Below, one piece after another: positions 8,342-17,339 of a stretch of DNA of 64,000 nt. Under the pieces are notes generated by a model. The model saw only the letters and a list, made by a program, of their open reading frames with translations. It was not told where the DNA came from and ran no database searches. Position numbers and translations under genes: made by a program. Source of the stretch: an uncultured Nitrospirales bacterium (lineage in GTDB: Bacteria; Nitrospirota; Nitrospiria; Nitrospirales; NS-4); the NCBI GenBank assembly GCA_964384595.1, contig CAYLLY010000002.1, positions 16,248 to 80,247 of the forward strand, given 5' to 3'. Numbering within the stretch: position 1 is the stretch's first letter; each line of letters starts with the position of its first letter.

Positions 8342-10296
8342 ACCGGTCGATCCACAAAGCGGCGGCACCAGAGCTCCAGGTTGAGCCACCGCCAGATCGT
8401 GAAGCTGAGATTTTTCCGGCCGGCCACGTGGGCGTCGAACTCGCGCACCGCTTCCTCCACATTCAGGTACCCCCGCGCGCGCGTCCGGGAGTCCGAAAGG
8501 ATGTCCCGCGCCATCTCGCGCAGGGACGTGCGGAACCACACGTCCCCAGGCGTGACGAATCCCATCTTGTCGGAACGCCGGCGAACCTCCTCCGGCAGGA
8601 CGCCGTCCATCGCCTGGCGGAGCACCGCCTTGGTCCATCCCCGCTGAATCTTCAGCTCCGGTCCCAGGCCGTAGAGAAACTCGACCAGGCGGTAGTCCAG
8701 GAACGGCAGCCGCGTCTCGATCCCGAATGCCATTGAATTGCGGTCTTCGCAATGAAGCAACGCCCTCAGGCCGTTGCTCGTCAGCAGCTGATGTTGCATG
8801 GTGTGAAAACGCGAGCCTTGCGTTCCCGGGAGCGCCGTGATCGGGCCCCACAGCCGCCGGAAATCCGCCGCGATCCAGTCTGCGCTGCCGGTCAGATGGC
8901 CCCGCATAGCGCGCACCAGCAACGTCGGCATGAAGGCTCGCGCGAGGTTCGCGTAGACGTACCGTGGCAGCGGCCCGTGCAGACGACGGTACGCGGCCAC
9001 CTCCCTCGCTAATGACACCCATTGCCGGCGGGCAGTGAGGTCGGCGAAGAACGCGCCGAAGAAGCCGTGGTAGCCAGCAAGCAGCTCGTCGGCGCCCTGC
9101 CCGTCCAGCAGCACCTTGACGCCGCGCTGCGAGGCCAGGCGCATGACGTTCCATTGCGCGAAGATGCTGGTCGAGCCGAAGGGCTCGTCCTGCTGCCACA
9201 CCAACTGCGATACCGTTGCGGCCAGTTCCTTCGGATCGGGAAAGGTGTAGTGCGCGTCTGCGCGGGTCCGATCCAGCACCGGCTGGATGAACCGTCGCTC
9301 GTCGTAGGCCGGATCTTCGAAACAGGACGAAAAGGTTTTTTGCCGCTGCCCGACCAGTTCGTGCGGAACGGCCTGCTCGCCGAACATCAGGTCGTTCGCC
9401 ACGCAGACAATCGAGGAAGAATCGAGCCCTCCGCTGAGACACGTGCCGATGGGAACGTCGCTGCGGAGGCGAAGGCGGACGGCGTCGCGAAACAGTTCGC
9501 GGAAGCGGCCGGCCGCTTTCTCCATCGAGAGTGGCGCCTGGCCGGCGGCGGCGGGCAGATCCCAATACCGTTGGATCGTCACACCCGTCTCCACCGTCAG
9601 AACATGGGCGGGCGGGAGCTGCCGGATGCCCTCGAAAAACGTGCCGTCGAAGTAATCGAGGTAGGCGCCGTCGAGGTAATCGAATACGGCGCGATGATCG
9701 GAAGCCGGCCGGATACCGGCCGCCAGCAGACCCTTGATCTCGGACGCGAAGGCGAACCGCGTCCCGTCCCAGGAATAGTAGAACGGCTTCACCCCCAAGC
9801 GGTCCCGCGCGCAGAAGAGCTGGCGGCGGTCTCCGTCCCACAGGGCGAAGGCAAACATTCCGTTGAATCGCGAGACGCAGGCCGCGCCCCATTCCCGGTA
9901 AGCCGCCAACAGGACCTCGGTGTCGGATGTCGAGCGGAACCGGTGACCTCTCCCCGCAAGTTCCTCACGGAGCTCGATGTAGTTGTATATCTCCCCATTG
10001 TAGGTGACCCAGCAGCGGCCGTCCTCGGTGGCCATCGGCTGATCGCCGAGCGGCGAGAGATCAAGGATCGCCAGGCGGCGATGCCCCAGGCCAATCGAAT
10101 AGCGGTGGCTGGCGGCGGGCACGGCCTGCGCCGGCGCCGCCCTGATCGCGAGAGGCTTCTCCTTCCCGTCCTGAGTCAGCAGCACATAGCCCTCCCCGTC
10201 CGGGCCTCGGTGCGCCTGCACCCGGGTCATCGCCTCCAAGGCATGGAGATCCACCGGCTTCCCGGCCGTGCTGTACATTCCCGCGATGCAGCACAT
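8332..10296 (-). CDS. AsnB-type glutamine-hydrolysing amidotransferase, paralog 1
   Basis: 654 aa with MCCIAG (Cys2 nucleophile), HRGPDGEG, YNGEIYNY, SDTEV and PP-loop LSGGLDSS. Confidence 0.9.
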   Translation of the reverse strand: MCCIAGMYSTAGKPVDLHALEAMTRVQAHRGPDGEGYVLLTQDGKEKPLAIRAAPAQAVPAASHRYSIGLGHRRLAILDLSPLGDQPMATEDGRCWVTYNGEIYNYIELREELAGRGHRFRSTSDTEVLLAAYREWGAACVSRFNGMFAFALWDGDRRQLFCARDRLGVKPFYYSWDGTRFAFASEIKGLLAAGIRPASDHRAVFDYLDGAYLDYFDGTFFEGIRQLPPAHVLTVETGVTIQRYWDLPAAAGQAPLSMEKAAGRFRELFRDAVRLRLRSDVPIGTCLSGGLDSSSIVCVANDLMFGEQAVPHELVGQRQKTFSSCFEDPAYDERRFIQPVLDRTRADAHYTFPDPKELAATVSQLVWQQDEPFGSTSIFAQWNVMRLASQRGVKVLLDGQGADELLAGYHGFFGAFFADLTARRQWVSLAREVAAYRRLHGPLPRYVYANLARAFMPTLLVRAMRGHLTGSADWIAADFRRLWGPITALPGTQGSRFHTMQHQLLTSNGLRALLHCEDRNSMAFGIETRLPFLDYRLVEFLYGLGPELKIQRGWTKAVLRQAMDGVLPEEVRRRSDKMGFVTPGDVWFRTSLREMARDILSDSRTRARGYLNVEEAVREFDAHVAGRKNLSFTIWRWLNLELWCRRFVDRPVCG

Positions 10297-10312
10297 ACGC
10301 TAGCGCACGCCT

Positions 10313-11428
10313 CTAGGTCCGTCTGCGCTCTGCCAAACGGAGATACCACTCTTCCATGCGCGACATCTCGCGGTCCTGGTCCGCCGCCGCCGCAACCTTC
10401 GTGCGGTTGGCCCGGGCGATGTGTTCCTTCACGGCGGGATCGGACAGCGCCCCGACGAGCGCGCCCACGAGATCGCCTTGCTCCGGATCCGCCAGAAAGC
10501 CGTTCTCGCCGTGACTGATCAACTCCGCGTACTGCGGTAACCGGTTCAGCACCGGCACCGCGCCGCAGGCCATCGTCTCCAGCAGCGTATTGGGCAGCGC
10601 GTCCGACGGCGGCACCATGACCACAACATCCGCGAGGTTCATCCAGAGCGGCATGTCCGGATAGGGGATGCTGCCGAGGAACCGCACACGGTCGGCGACC
10701 CCGAGATCGGCAGCCAGCCGGCGCAGCCCCGTGATATAGTTCCGATCCGGAAAATGCTCCGCCACCAGGAGCAGCGCTCCCGGGACCTTTTCGCACACGG
10801 CCGGGAGTGCCCGGATGACCCGGTCGTGGTTGTAAAACGGCTGGGCCAGTCTCGGGCTGAAGATTACCCGCTGGTCCGTTCCGATCCCCCACTGAGTCCG
10901 GAGAGGCAGGACGTTCAGCCCGCCCCGAAACCGCTGGAGATCGACGCCCGGGCCGATTCGCGCGACGGGCGGCGCAGCCGGCAGCAGCACGCGAATCCTC
11001 CGCTCGAGGTACTCGGAGGGAATTGCCAACAGGTCCGCCCGACCGAGTAACGCACATGTCAACCGCCGGCTGTACCATTCGCGAAAGGCGCCCTGTTCTT
11101 CGAGCACATCGCTGCCCCAGGGCATCACCACGTACGGATGAAACCGGGCCAGCAGCAGGCCCCAGGCCAGGCCCCGCGTGTAGTGCACGTGGACCACGTC
11201 CGGGCGGAGCCGACGGATCGTGAAGGCCAGCCGCGCGGCGGAGAGAAGCCGGCCCAGCTTGCGCGGCACACCGTGCGCGCTCACGTCGATCTGGCGGAAC
11301 GTCGGTGCCTCGGCGGGCTCCACGGTGATAACCGTCGTGTCGTGTCCGCGCGCCGCGAACCACTCGACCCAGCGCCGCGTCGTCACGGAGGCGGCCGGCC
11401 CGACAAAGCAGAGCCGCAACGATTTCAT
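10313..11428 (-). CDS. GT4-family (GT-B) glycosyltransferase
   Basis: Track ORF trimmed to ATG 11428 (MKSLRLCFVGP..). That start overlaps the upstream TGA by 1 nt. C-terminal VMVPPSDALPNTLLETMACGAVPVLNR is the EX7E-type region. Confidence 0.8.
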   Translation of the reverse strand: MKSLRLCFVGPAASVTTRRWVEWFAARGHDTTVITVEPAEAPTFRQIDVSAHGVPRKLGRLLSAARLAFTIRRLRPDVVHVHYTRGLAWGLLLARFHPYVVMPWGSDVLEEQGAFREWYSRRLTCALLGRADLLAIPSEYLERRIRVLLPAAPPVARIGPGVDLQRFRGGLNVLPLRTQWGIGTDQRVIFSPRLAQPFYNHDRVIRALPAVCEKVPGALLLVAEHFPDRNYITGLRRLAADLGVADRVRFLGSIPYPDMPLWMNLADVVVMVPPSDALPNTLLETMACGAVPVLNRLPQYAELISHGENGFLADPEQGDLVGALVGALSDPAVKEHIARANRTKVAAAADQDREMSRMEEWYLRLAERRRT

Positions 11429-12588
11429 CACGCACCCCGCCCGCAGGACGCTCCAGGCGGGCCGGCGAGAGACCGTACCAATACCTTCAAGGCCTCCGCC
11501 GACTTGTTCACGTCGTGATGCTGCCGCGCATAGGCGAGGGCCTGGCGGCCCCATTCCGCGCGAGTGGTCGCGGAGGCGCATAGCTCCTCGGTAGAAGCGA
11601 GGAGGCGCTCGAAGGACCCGCCGGCGGAGGCGCCGATCCCGTGCCTTGCCAGCACGCCGTCCGGGTCCACCTTCCAGGAGAGAATCGGTGTCCCCTGCAT
11701 GGCGGCCTGCACGAACGTGTTGGGAAAGCCCTCGTACGTGGAGGTGTTCACGAGCAACTTCGCCTGGGCGAAGAACCCATCCATCTCGCTCAAGGGAACG
11801 TCCTCGCGCATCGTAACATTGGGCAGCATGGAGGCCCGCCCGCGAAGCGCGCCCATGAGATACTCGTGGGATTGATCCTGCCTGATCACCATGACGAACC
11901 GCTCCTTGGGGAGACGTTCGGCCAAGTCCAGAAACAACTCGGGCTGTTTCAGCGGGTGCATCCTGCCCACCCAGAGAACAGTCGTTTTCTCATGCGGGAC
12001 CGGCTCCGCCGGCCGGTGCCCGGTGCGGATCAGGACGCCCTCCCGGCCGTACCGGTCTCGGAGCCAGGCCAGTTGTTCGTGGCTCCGACAGACCACCGCA
12101 TCCGCCAGGCGCATACCCCACGGGAAAAGCCAGGCCAGCGGTCCCTCTACCTGCCCGTTCGGCCTGCAGAGATCGACCGTCGACGCCACCACGTAAACGA
12201 ACCGCCGACGCAGCAGCCGGCAGATCAGGGCGTAGGCTCCCACTTCGACACCGGCCGTGGCGTGCAGGTACACATCGGCGCTGATATTCCCCATGACGCG
12301 CCACATGTCGAGAAAGGCCGCCACGTACCCTCGCAGCGAGCGGTGCGCGAGCCGATTCTTCCCCTGCCGCTTGACGAGCGTCAGCGAACCATGGTGCTCG
12401 ATACCAGGAGATTTCCGGACCGTCGTCAGCACGATCACCTGAAAGTCCGGATCGGAAGCCAACGCGCGCGCGAGCAGGAAGAACTGCACCTCCGCACCGC
12501 CGAACGGATAGCCGCTCGTGGGGTTATAGAGCCCATAGCCGAGCGGCGAAATGAAGCACACCCTCAGTGGATCACCGCTGAGCATCAT
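11428..12588 (-). CDS. GT4-family (GT-B) glycosyltransferase
   Basis: Track ORF trimmed to ATGATG at 12588 (MMLSGDPLRVCFISPLGYG..GGAEVQ). C-terminal NTSTYEGFPNTFVQAAMQGTPILS. Confidence 0.8.
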   Translation of the reverse strand: MMLSGDPLRVCFISPLGYGLYNPTSGYPFGGAEVQFFLLARALASDPDFQVIVLTTVRKSPGIEHHGSLTLVKRQGKNRLAHRSLRGYVAAFLDMWRVMGNISADVYLHATAGVEVGAYALICRLLRRRFVYVVASTVDLCRPNGQVEGPLAWLFPWGMRLADAVVCRSHEQLAWLRDRYGREGVLIRTGHRPAEPVPHEKTTVLWVGRMHPLKQPELFLDLAERLPKERFVMVIRQDQSHEYLMGALRGRASMLPNVTMREDVPLSEMDGFFAQAKLLVNTSTYEGFPNTFVQAAMQGTPILSWKVDPDGVLARHGIGASAGGSFERLLASTEELCASATTRAEWGRQALAYARQHHDVNKSAEALKVLVRSLAGPPGASCGRGA

Positions 12589-13267
12589 AGGCCGTCCTTT
12601 CGAATCGCCAGAGACAGATCGGGCACCAGCGTGACGCCCGAGAGGGATCTGAGGATGGCCAGCACGTGTTTCAAGAGGCGCTTGGTCCTTCGATAGCGGT
12701 TCGGACTCAACGTCGAGTACCACAGATCGATCCGATCGCGCAGACCATCCCTGCACGGCTCCAGAAGGATTGGGCGGTGACCGCCGTCGCGAGACAGCAT
12801 GCGCAGGATTTCCCCTTCCGTCGCTCCACTGAGGCCGTAGCGTAAGAGATTCTCCCACGACTACCCGCGTCGAACCCGCTTCGAGCACGCGCGCGCAAAG
12901 GCCAGCGCGAGCCGATGATGACGGACCAGAGCAACGGCAAGACCTGCGCGCGCTCGTGCGTGAGCAGGTGCTCGTACACCGCGCTCATCACAACGCCATC
13001 GAATCTTCCCAGGTCGGGCGGAAGTTCCATCGGCGAGGGCGAACAGGCCAGCGTCACATTGGGGAATTGATAGTTCTGGACCCGCCGTCGAGCCAGTCCG
13101 AGCAAGCGTTCGTCTACCTCGATCCCGACGATGGCCACATCCGGAAACAGCCAGGCCAGGCACATCGTGGACGCGCCGGCTCCGCAACCGAAGTCCAGCA
13201 CGCGCCTGCCGTTGGACGCTTCATCGATCTCAACGATTCCTTGAGGATGTCTCAATGTCTCCGCCAT
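12585..13267 (-). pseudogene. Class I SAM methyltransferase, apparently frameshifted (or indel error)
   Basis: The N-terminal frame from ATG 13267 reads MAETL..VLDFGCGAGAS..VMSAVYEHLL and then decays into an Arg/Cys-rich tail ending at 12707. A second frame (~12857-12585) reads SWENLLRYGLSGATEGEILRMLSRDGG..RTKRLLKHVLAILRS, and its TGA forms an ATGA overlap with the next gene start at 12588. The span is 683 nt, which is not a multiple of 3. Confidence 0.55.
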
Positions 13268-13277
13268 GCCATTCCGA

Positions 13278-15173
13278 TCAACGCACGGCCGCGCAGGCGG
13301 CGTGGGCCACCGTCGCATCGGCATATTCGCGGTGCCAGAGCTCGAGCATCAGTAGCGCATACAGACGGTAGCCGTCGTTAGTGCGACCAGCCTGGTGGTC
13401 GTCGAGAATCCGTCGAACTGAGTCGGGCTTGAAGTAGCCACGCTGCAGACACTGCGGCGACAACAGGAGGTCACGGATGAAATCCCGACACTCTTCTCGA
13501 AACCATCGGCCGATCGGCACCGCGAAGCCCCGCTTGTCCCGATTGAGAATCCGCTCTGGCAACGTGCCGCGCATGGCCGCTTTCAGGAGATATTTGGGCT
13601 CCCCCCGGCGGACCTTCAGGCGCACCGGCAGTGAGGCGGCGAACTCGACGAGCCGATGATCCAGAAAGGGCGATCGGGCCTCGAGCCCGTGCGCCATGGT
13701 GGCGCGGTCCATCTTGACGAGCAGGTCATCCGGCATGTAGCTCCGCGTGTCGACCCCCAACAGCCGGTCGAGCAGATCGGCAGCCGGCACCTCCTCGAAC
13801 CAGTTGGTCAGCAGCTCGTACGAATCGTGGTCCCGGACCGTCTCGCTGAAGTCAGGGGTATAGAGCCACTCCTTTTCGGCCGGGGAGAAATAGCTGATGC
13901 GGCCGAGGTACGTATGGCTGAACGGCGCCAGCAGGCGCTCCAGCCGACGCCGAGCCCCGCCTAGGCCCGGCAGGCGGGCAAGTCGCGCGCGGATGCGCTC
14001 CCGCGCCCAGTCCGGCAGCACGCGAGCGGTGAGGCAATCCAACGGGCTGATCCGATATCGGGGATAGCCGGCCAGCAATTCATCGCCGCCATCGCCGTTC
14101 AAGACCACCGTCACGAATTGCCGGCTGAGTTGGGAGACATAGTAGGTCGGGATCGCCGAGGCGTCCGCGTAGGGCTCATCGTAGACGCGCACCAGGGTGG
14201 GCAGGATCTCGACCGCGGACGGCTCCACCATGAACTCCCGGTGGTCGGTCCCGAACCACTGCGCGACGTCGCGGGCGTACGGGAGCTCGTTGAAGGCGCC
14301 GTCCTCGAAGCCGATGGAAAAGGTCTTCACTGGCTGGGCCATCAGCCGGCTCATCAGCGCCACCACGCTGCTGGAGTCCAGGCCGCCGCTCAGGAACGCC
14401 CCGAGCGGGACGTCACTGATCAGCCGCTTCCGGACCGCGTCCTGCAGCAACGCCTTGAACTCTTCGCGATAGTCCTCCTCGGTCCGGTCAGAACGCTTCT
14501 CATCATACCGTAGCGACCAGTAGGCGCTCTCGGCGACCTTCCCGTCTTCATAGACCAGCACGTGCCCCGGGCGGAGTTTCCGGATGCCGCGGAAGATCGT
14601 CAGCGGAGCGGGGATATATTGAAACGTCAGGTAGTGGTGCAGCGCCACCGGGTCGATGTCGGGCGTCTGGCCGCCCGTCAGCAAGGCTTTCAACTCGGAG
14701 GCAAAGGACAGGCCTTCGTCGGTCACCCGGTAGAAGAGCGGCTTCTTCCCCAGACGATCCCTCGCCAACACCAGACGCTGGGCCCGCTCGTCCCAGATCG
14801 CGAAGGCGAACATGCCCCCCAGCATCGGAACGCACCGCACGCCGTGGTCTTCGTACAGATGCAGAATCACCTCGGTGTCCGTGCGCGAACGGAAGGCGTG
14901 CCGGGGACGGAGGGTCTCACGGAGCTCTTGAAAGTTGTAGATCTCCCCGTTGTAGACGATCCAGACGGTGCCGTCCCCGTTCGCCATCGGTTGGCGGCCG
15001 GCCGCGCTCAGGTCCAGCACGCTCAGGCGCCGGTGCGCCAGCCCCACGCGGCCCTTGACGTACAGGCCGTGATCGTCAGGCCCCCGGTGGCGCAGCCGCT
15101 CCCCCATCGCAGCGACCAGCCGCTCGTCCACCGGCCGACGGTCCGCGCTTACCTGTCCAGCAATCCCACACAT
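13278..15173 (-). CDS. AsnB-type glutamine-hydrolysing amidotransferase, paralog 2
   Basis: Track ORF trimmed to ATG 15173. MCGIAGQVS, HRGPDDHG, YNGEIYNF, TDTEV, FLSGGLDSSS. Confidence 0.9.
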   Translation of the reverse strand: MCGIAGQVSADRRPVDERLVAAMGERLRHRGPDDHGLYVKGRVGLAHRRLSVLDLSAAGRQPMANGDGTVWIVYNGEIYNFQELRETLRPRHAFRSRTDTEVILHLYEDHGVRCVPMLGGMFAFAIWDERAQRLVLARDRLGKKPLFYRVTDEGLSFASELKALLTGGQTPDIDPVALHHYLTFQYIPAPLTIFRGIRKLRPGHVLVYEDGKVAESAYWSLRYDEKRSDRTEEDYREEFKALLQDAVRKRLISDVPLGAFLSGGLDSSSVVALMSRLMAQPVKTFSIGFEDGAFNELPYARDVAQWFGTDHREFMVEPSAVEILPTLVRVYDEPYADASAIPTYYVSQLSRQFVTVVLNGDGGDELLAGYPRYRISPLDCLTARVLPDWARERIRARLARLPGLGGARRRLERLLAPFSHTYLGRISYFSPAEKEWLYTPDFSETVRDHDSYELLTNWFEEVPAADLLDRLLGVDTRSYMPDDLLVKMDRATMAHGLEARSPFLDHRLVEFAASLPVRLKVRRGEPKYLLKAAMRGTLPERILNRDKRGFAVPIGRWFREECRDFIRDLLLSPQCLQRGYFKPDSVRRILDDHQAGRTNDGYRLYALLMLELWHREYADATVAHAACAAVR

Positions 15174-15198
15174 CGAGGCACCCTGGGATTCCCTTGGG

Positions 15199-16395
15199 TC
15201 AACACGACGGCAGCCCATCGGCAAGCACGGTCGTGAGCAGGCTGTCCACGCGATGCCGGTAGGTATGCCCGCGCAAGACGTACCCATAGGTCCGCTCGAC
15301 CATCGCCTGCCGATACTCACGATCATGAAACCGCTGGATGGCCTCAGCCATGTTCGAAAAGTCTTTCTTGACGCTGATGTAGTGCTCGTCCGCCTTGAGG
15401 ATCCCGTTGTAGTGCCCTTCGAGCAGGATCTGACAGGTGTGAGTCCCGATCGGCTCGAAGTGCCGGGATGAAATCGCCTTCCCCGAGACCGGGTCGGCAT
15501 AGTTCTTGAAGAAGCGATCATACACCTCCGGGAATCCGGCCTCGGGATGGCAATCGAGATGCCGCTTAACGGCCTCCTGAGTACGATCGTCCCGCTCCAG
15601 GTAGTACGTGCCGGACTCCGCTCCCACGACGCCCTTGCACGAAGCAAGAAACCGGCTCCACTCGTCACGGGTGTGCCGCACGAACCGGATGTCGGCGACC
15701 AGTCCCCACGTCGCCGCCCGCTCGGCGACGTATCGAAGCACTTCGGTGCGCTCGATGTCGCCCAGCGAGTAGGGATGCGCGTACACGTCGCCGCGAAAGC
15801 CGAGATCGATGGGGCGCGGACCGGCCTGCGGCTGATAGAGCTTGGGATTCAAGGCCGGGGGCGCCGGCAGGACTTTGGACTGGAGGCATTCGGCATATAG
15901 CCATCCGGCTGCCGCGGCAGGAAGCTGACTCGCGATATAATCGGCCGCCACCGCGCGGGCGAACCCGATTTTCTCCGGCATGCGGTTGTATTCGTTGCCG
16001 AACATGACCAGCAGCTTGCCCCGGCGGTCCTGAAAGTGCCCCGTCGCGCGACGCAGCAAGCTCATGTTGTCCCCGGCCGCCGAGTGGAGAACGATGATGA
16101 GGGCGTACCGCTTGAGCCGTCGCAGCGCCGCGCCGTACTCAACGAGATTGTTGATGTTGCACAGGCGCTCATCGAGTATGGAGGCCTCGCAGAACGCTTC
16201 CTTCCAGTCCATCAGATAGGACAACGTGCGGTATTCCTCGGCAAACAGAAACCGGACGCGGCGGAGCCCACGCAAGCGGGGCGGGACCATGGACAGGTTC
16301 AAGCCCAGCCCTCCGACCAGCGTGTCCGCCACCACCCGCCTCCAGTGGGGCTGGCTCTTCGCGTAGAAGATGATGGTGGGGATGCGCTCGGTCAT
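15199..16395 (-). CDS. Hypothetical glycosyltransferase-like protein (CgeB / Glyco_trans_1_2-like C-terminal half)
   Basis: 398-aa ORF with good coding character. C-terminal SSRHFEPIGTHTCQILLEGHYNGIL..ISVKKDFSN resembles CgeB-type GT-B halves. The assignment is tentative. Confidence 0.5.
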   Translation of the reverse strand: MTERIPTIIFYAKSQPHWRRVVADTLVGGLGLNLSMVPPRLRGLRRVRFLFAEEYRTLSYLMDWKEAFCEASILDERLCNINNLVEYGAALRRLKRYALIIVLHSAAGDNMSLLRRATGHFQDRRGKLLVMFGNEYNRMPEKIGFARAVAADYIASQLPAAAAGWLYAECLQSKVLPAPPALNPKLYQPQAGPRPIDLGFRGDVYAHPYSLGDIERTEVLRYVAERAATWGLVADIRFVRHTRDEWSRFLASCKGVVGAESGTYYLERDDRTQEAVKRHLDCHPEAGFPEVYDRFFKNYADPVSGKAISSRHFEPIGTHTCQILLEGHYNGILKADEHYISVKKDFSNMAEAIQRFHDREYRQAMVERTYGYVLRGHTYRHRVDSLLTTVLADGLPSC

Positions 16396-17339
16396 GTGCT
16401 GCTTTCTTCAACCAGCTTCAGGTGCGTGTAGGTTTCCGTGATGCCGGCCCGTCGGTACCACTCGACCGCTCTCGCGACGCCGGTTTCCAACGGCGTGCTG
16501 GCCGTCCACCCGAACACGTCCCGCGTCTTCGCGGGGTCGAGCAGGATCGTGTAGGCGTCTTCTTGGCCCCGCGGCCGGACTTCCACGTCGGGAGCCGGCT
16601 GGATTCCCAAGGCCTTGACCGTCGCATCGAAAAGGTCCTTGATCGCGCAGTCCCGGCCGGACGAGATGTGGTGCACACCTCGCTCGCCTTTGCCCGCCAG
16701 CGCCAAGAGCACCACCTCTACCAGATCATCGATGTAGATGAAGTCCCGACGAGTGTCCATCACGAAACAGCGCTTGTTGCTGGTGAGGCGATGATAGAAC
16801 GTCGGGAGCGGCCCGCTGAGATTTCTCGGCCCGTAGGCGTTGGCCAGCCTGAAGGACATGTAATCGAGCCCACCCAGCATCACGTACTGCTCACCCGCGG
16901 TCTTGCTGATGGCGTAACTGCTGCCCTCGGGGCGGATCGGGTGCGTCAGCGTGATCGGCTGCTCCACCGGGTGCAGGCCGTAACAGAGCGCCGTCTGAAA
17001 ATAAATCAACCGCTGGACGCCCGCCTGCTTCGCGGCCTGGACCACGTTGGCGGTCCCGACGACGTTGGTCAGACTGTCCTCCGTCCAGTTCGCGGGGTCC
17101 TTGTAGGACGCGGCCGCATGCACCACCTGGTCGGGCTTGAACTCGCCGAACACACGCTGCACCAACGCGCCGGCCGCGATCGTGCCTTCGACGATGCGCA
17201 GATTCGGATGCGGCGTGAGGTTGTCCCGCCGGCCGGTCGCGTAATTGTCGACGACTAGGATATGCTCCCCGCGCGCCAGCAGCCGATCGGCCAGATGCGA
17301 GCCGATGAAGCCCGCGCCGCCGGTGATCAGGACTCTCAC
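16392..17339 (-). CDS. NAD-dependent sugar epimerase/dehydratase (extended SDR)
   Basis: 315 aa. (M)RVLITGGAGFIGSHL, catalytic YAISK. GTGA overlap at 17336-17339. Confidence 0.88.
   Translation of the reverse strand: MRVLITGGAGFIGSHLADRLLARGEHILVVDNYATGRRDNLTPHPNLRIVEGTIAAGALVQRVFGEFKPDQVVHAAASYKDPANWTEDSLTNVVGTANVVQAAKQAGVQRLIYFQTALCYGLHPVEQPITLTHPIRPEGSSYAISKTAGEQYVMLGGLDYMSFRLANAYGPRNLSGPLPTFYHRLTSNKRCFVMDTRRDFIYIDDLVEVVLLALAGKGERGVHHISSGRDCAIKDLFDATVKALGIQPAPDVEVRPRGQEDAYTILLDPAKTRDVFGWTASTPLETGVARAVEWYRRAGITETYTHLKLVEESST

Noticed and set aside
7139-9892. N-terminal extensions of track ORFs that run through the upstream gene. Examples are the 917-aa ORF at 7139..9892, plus 3078..4817, 13278..15668, 35488..37626, 53438..55111 and 43188..44348.
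   Set aside because: The extended parts overlap confidently assigned genes in another frame and are low-complexity. Conserved N-termini (MCGIAG, GxGxxG, DnaB N-domain) begin at internal starts that form ATGA/GTGA junctions or have a good Shine-Dalgarno.
12707-13324. Accepting the 205-aa track ORF as an intact short methyltransferase.
   Set aside because: Its last ~70 residues are Arg/Cys/Ser-rich and look non-coding. A different frame downstream looks like genuine protein and ends in the canonical ATGA junction, so a frameshift is the better reading.
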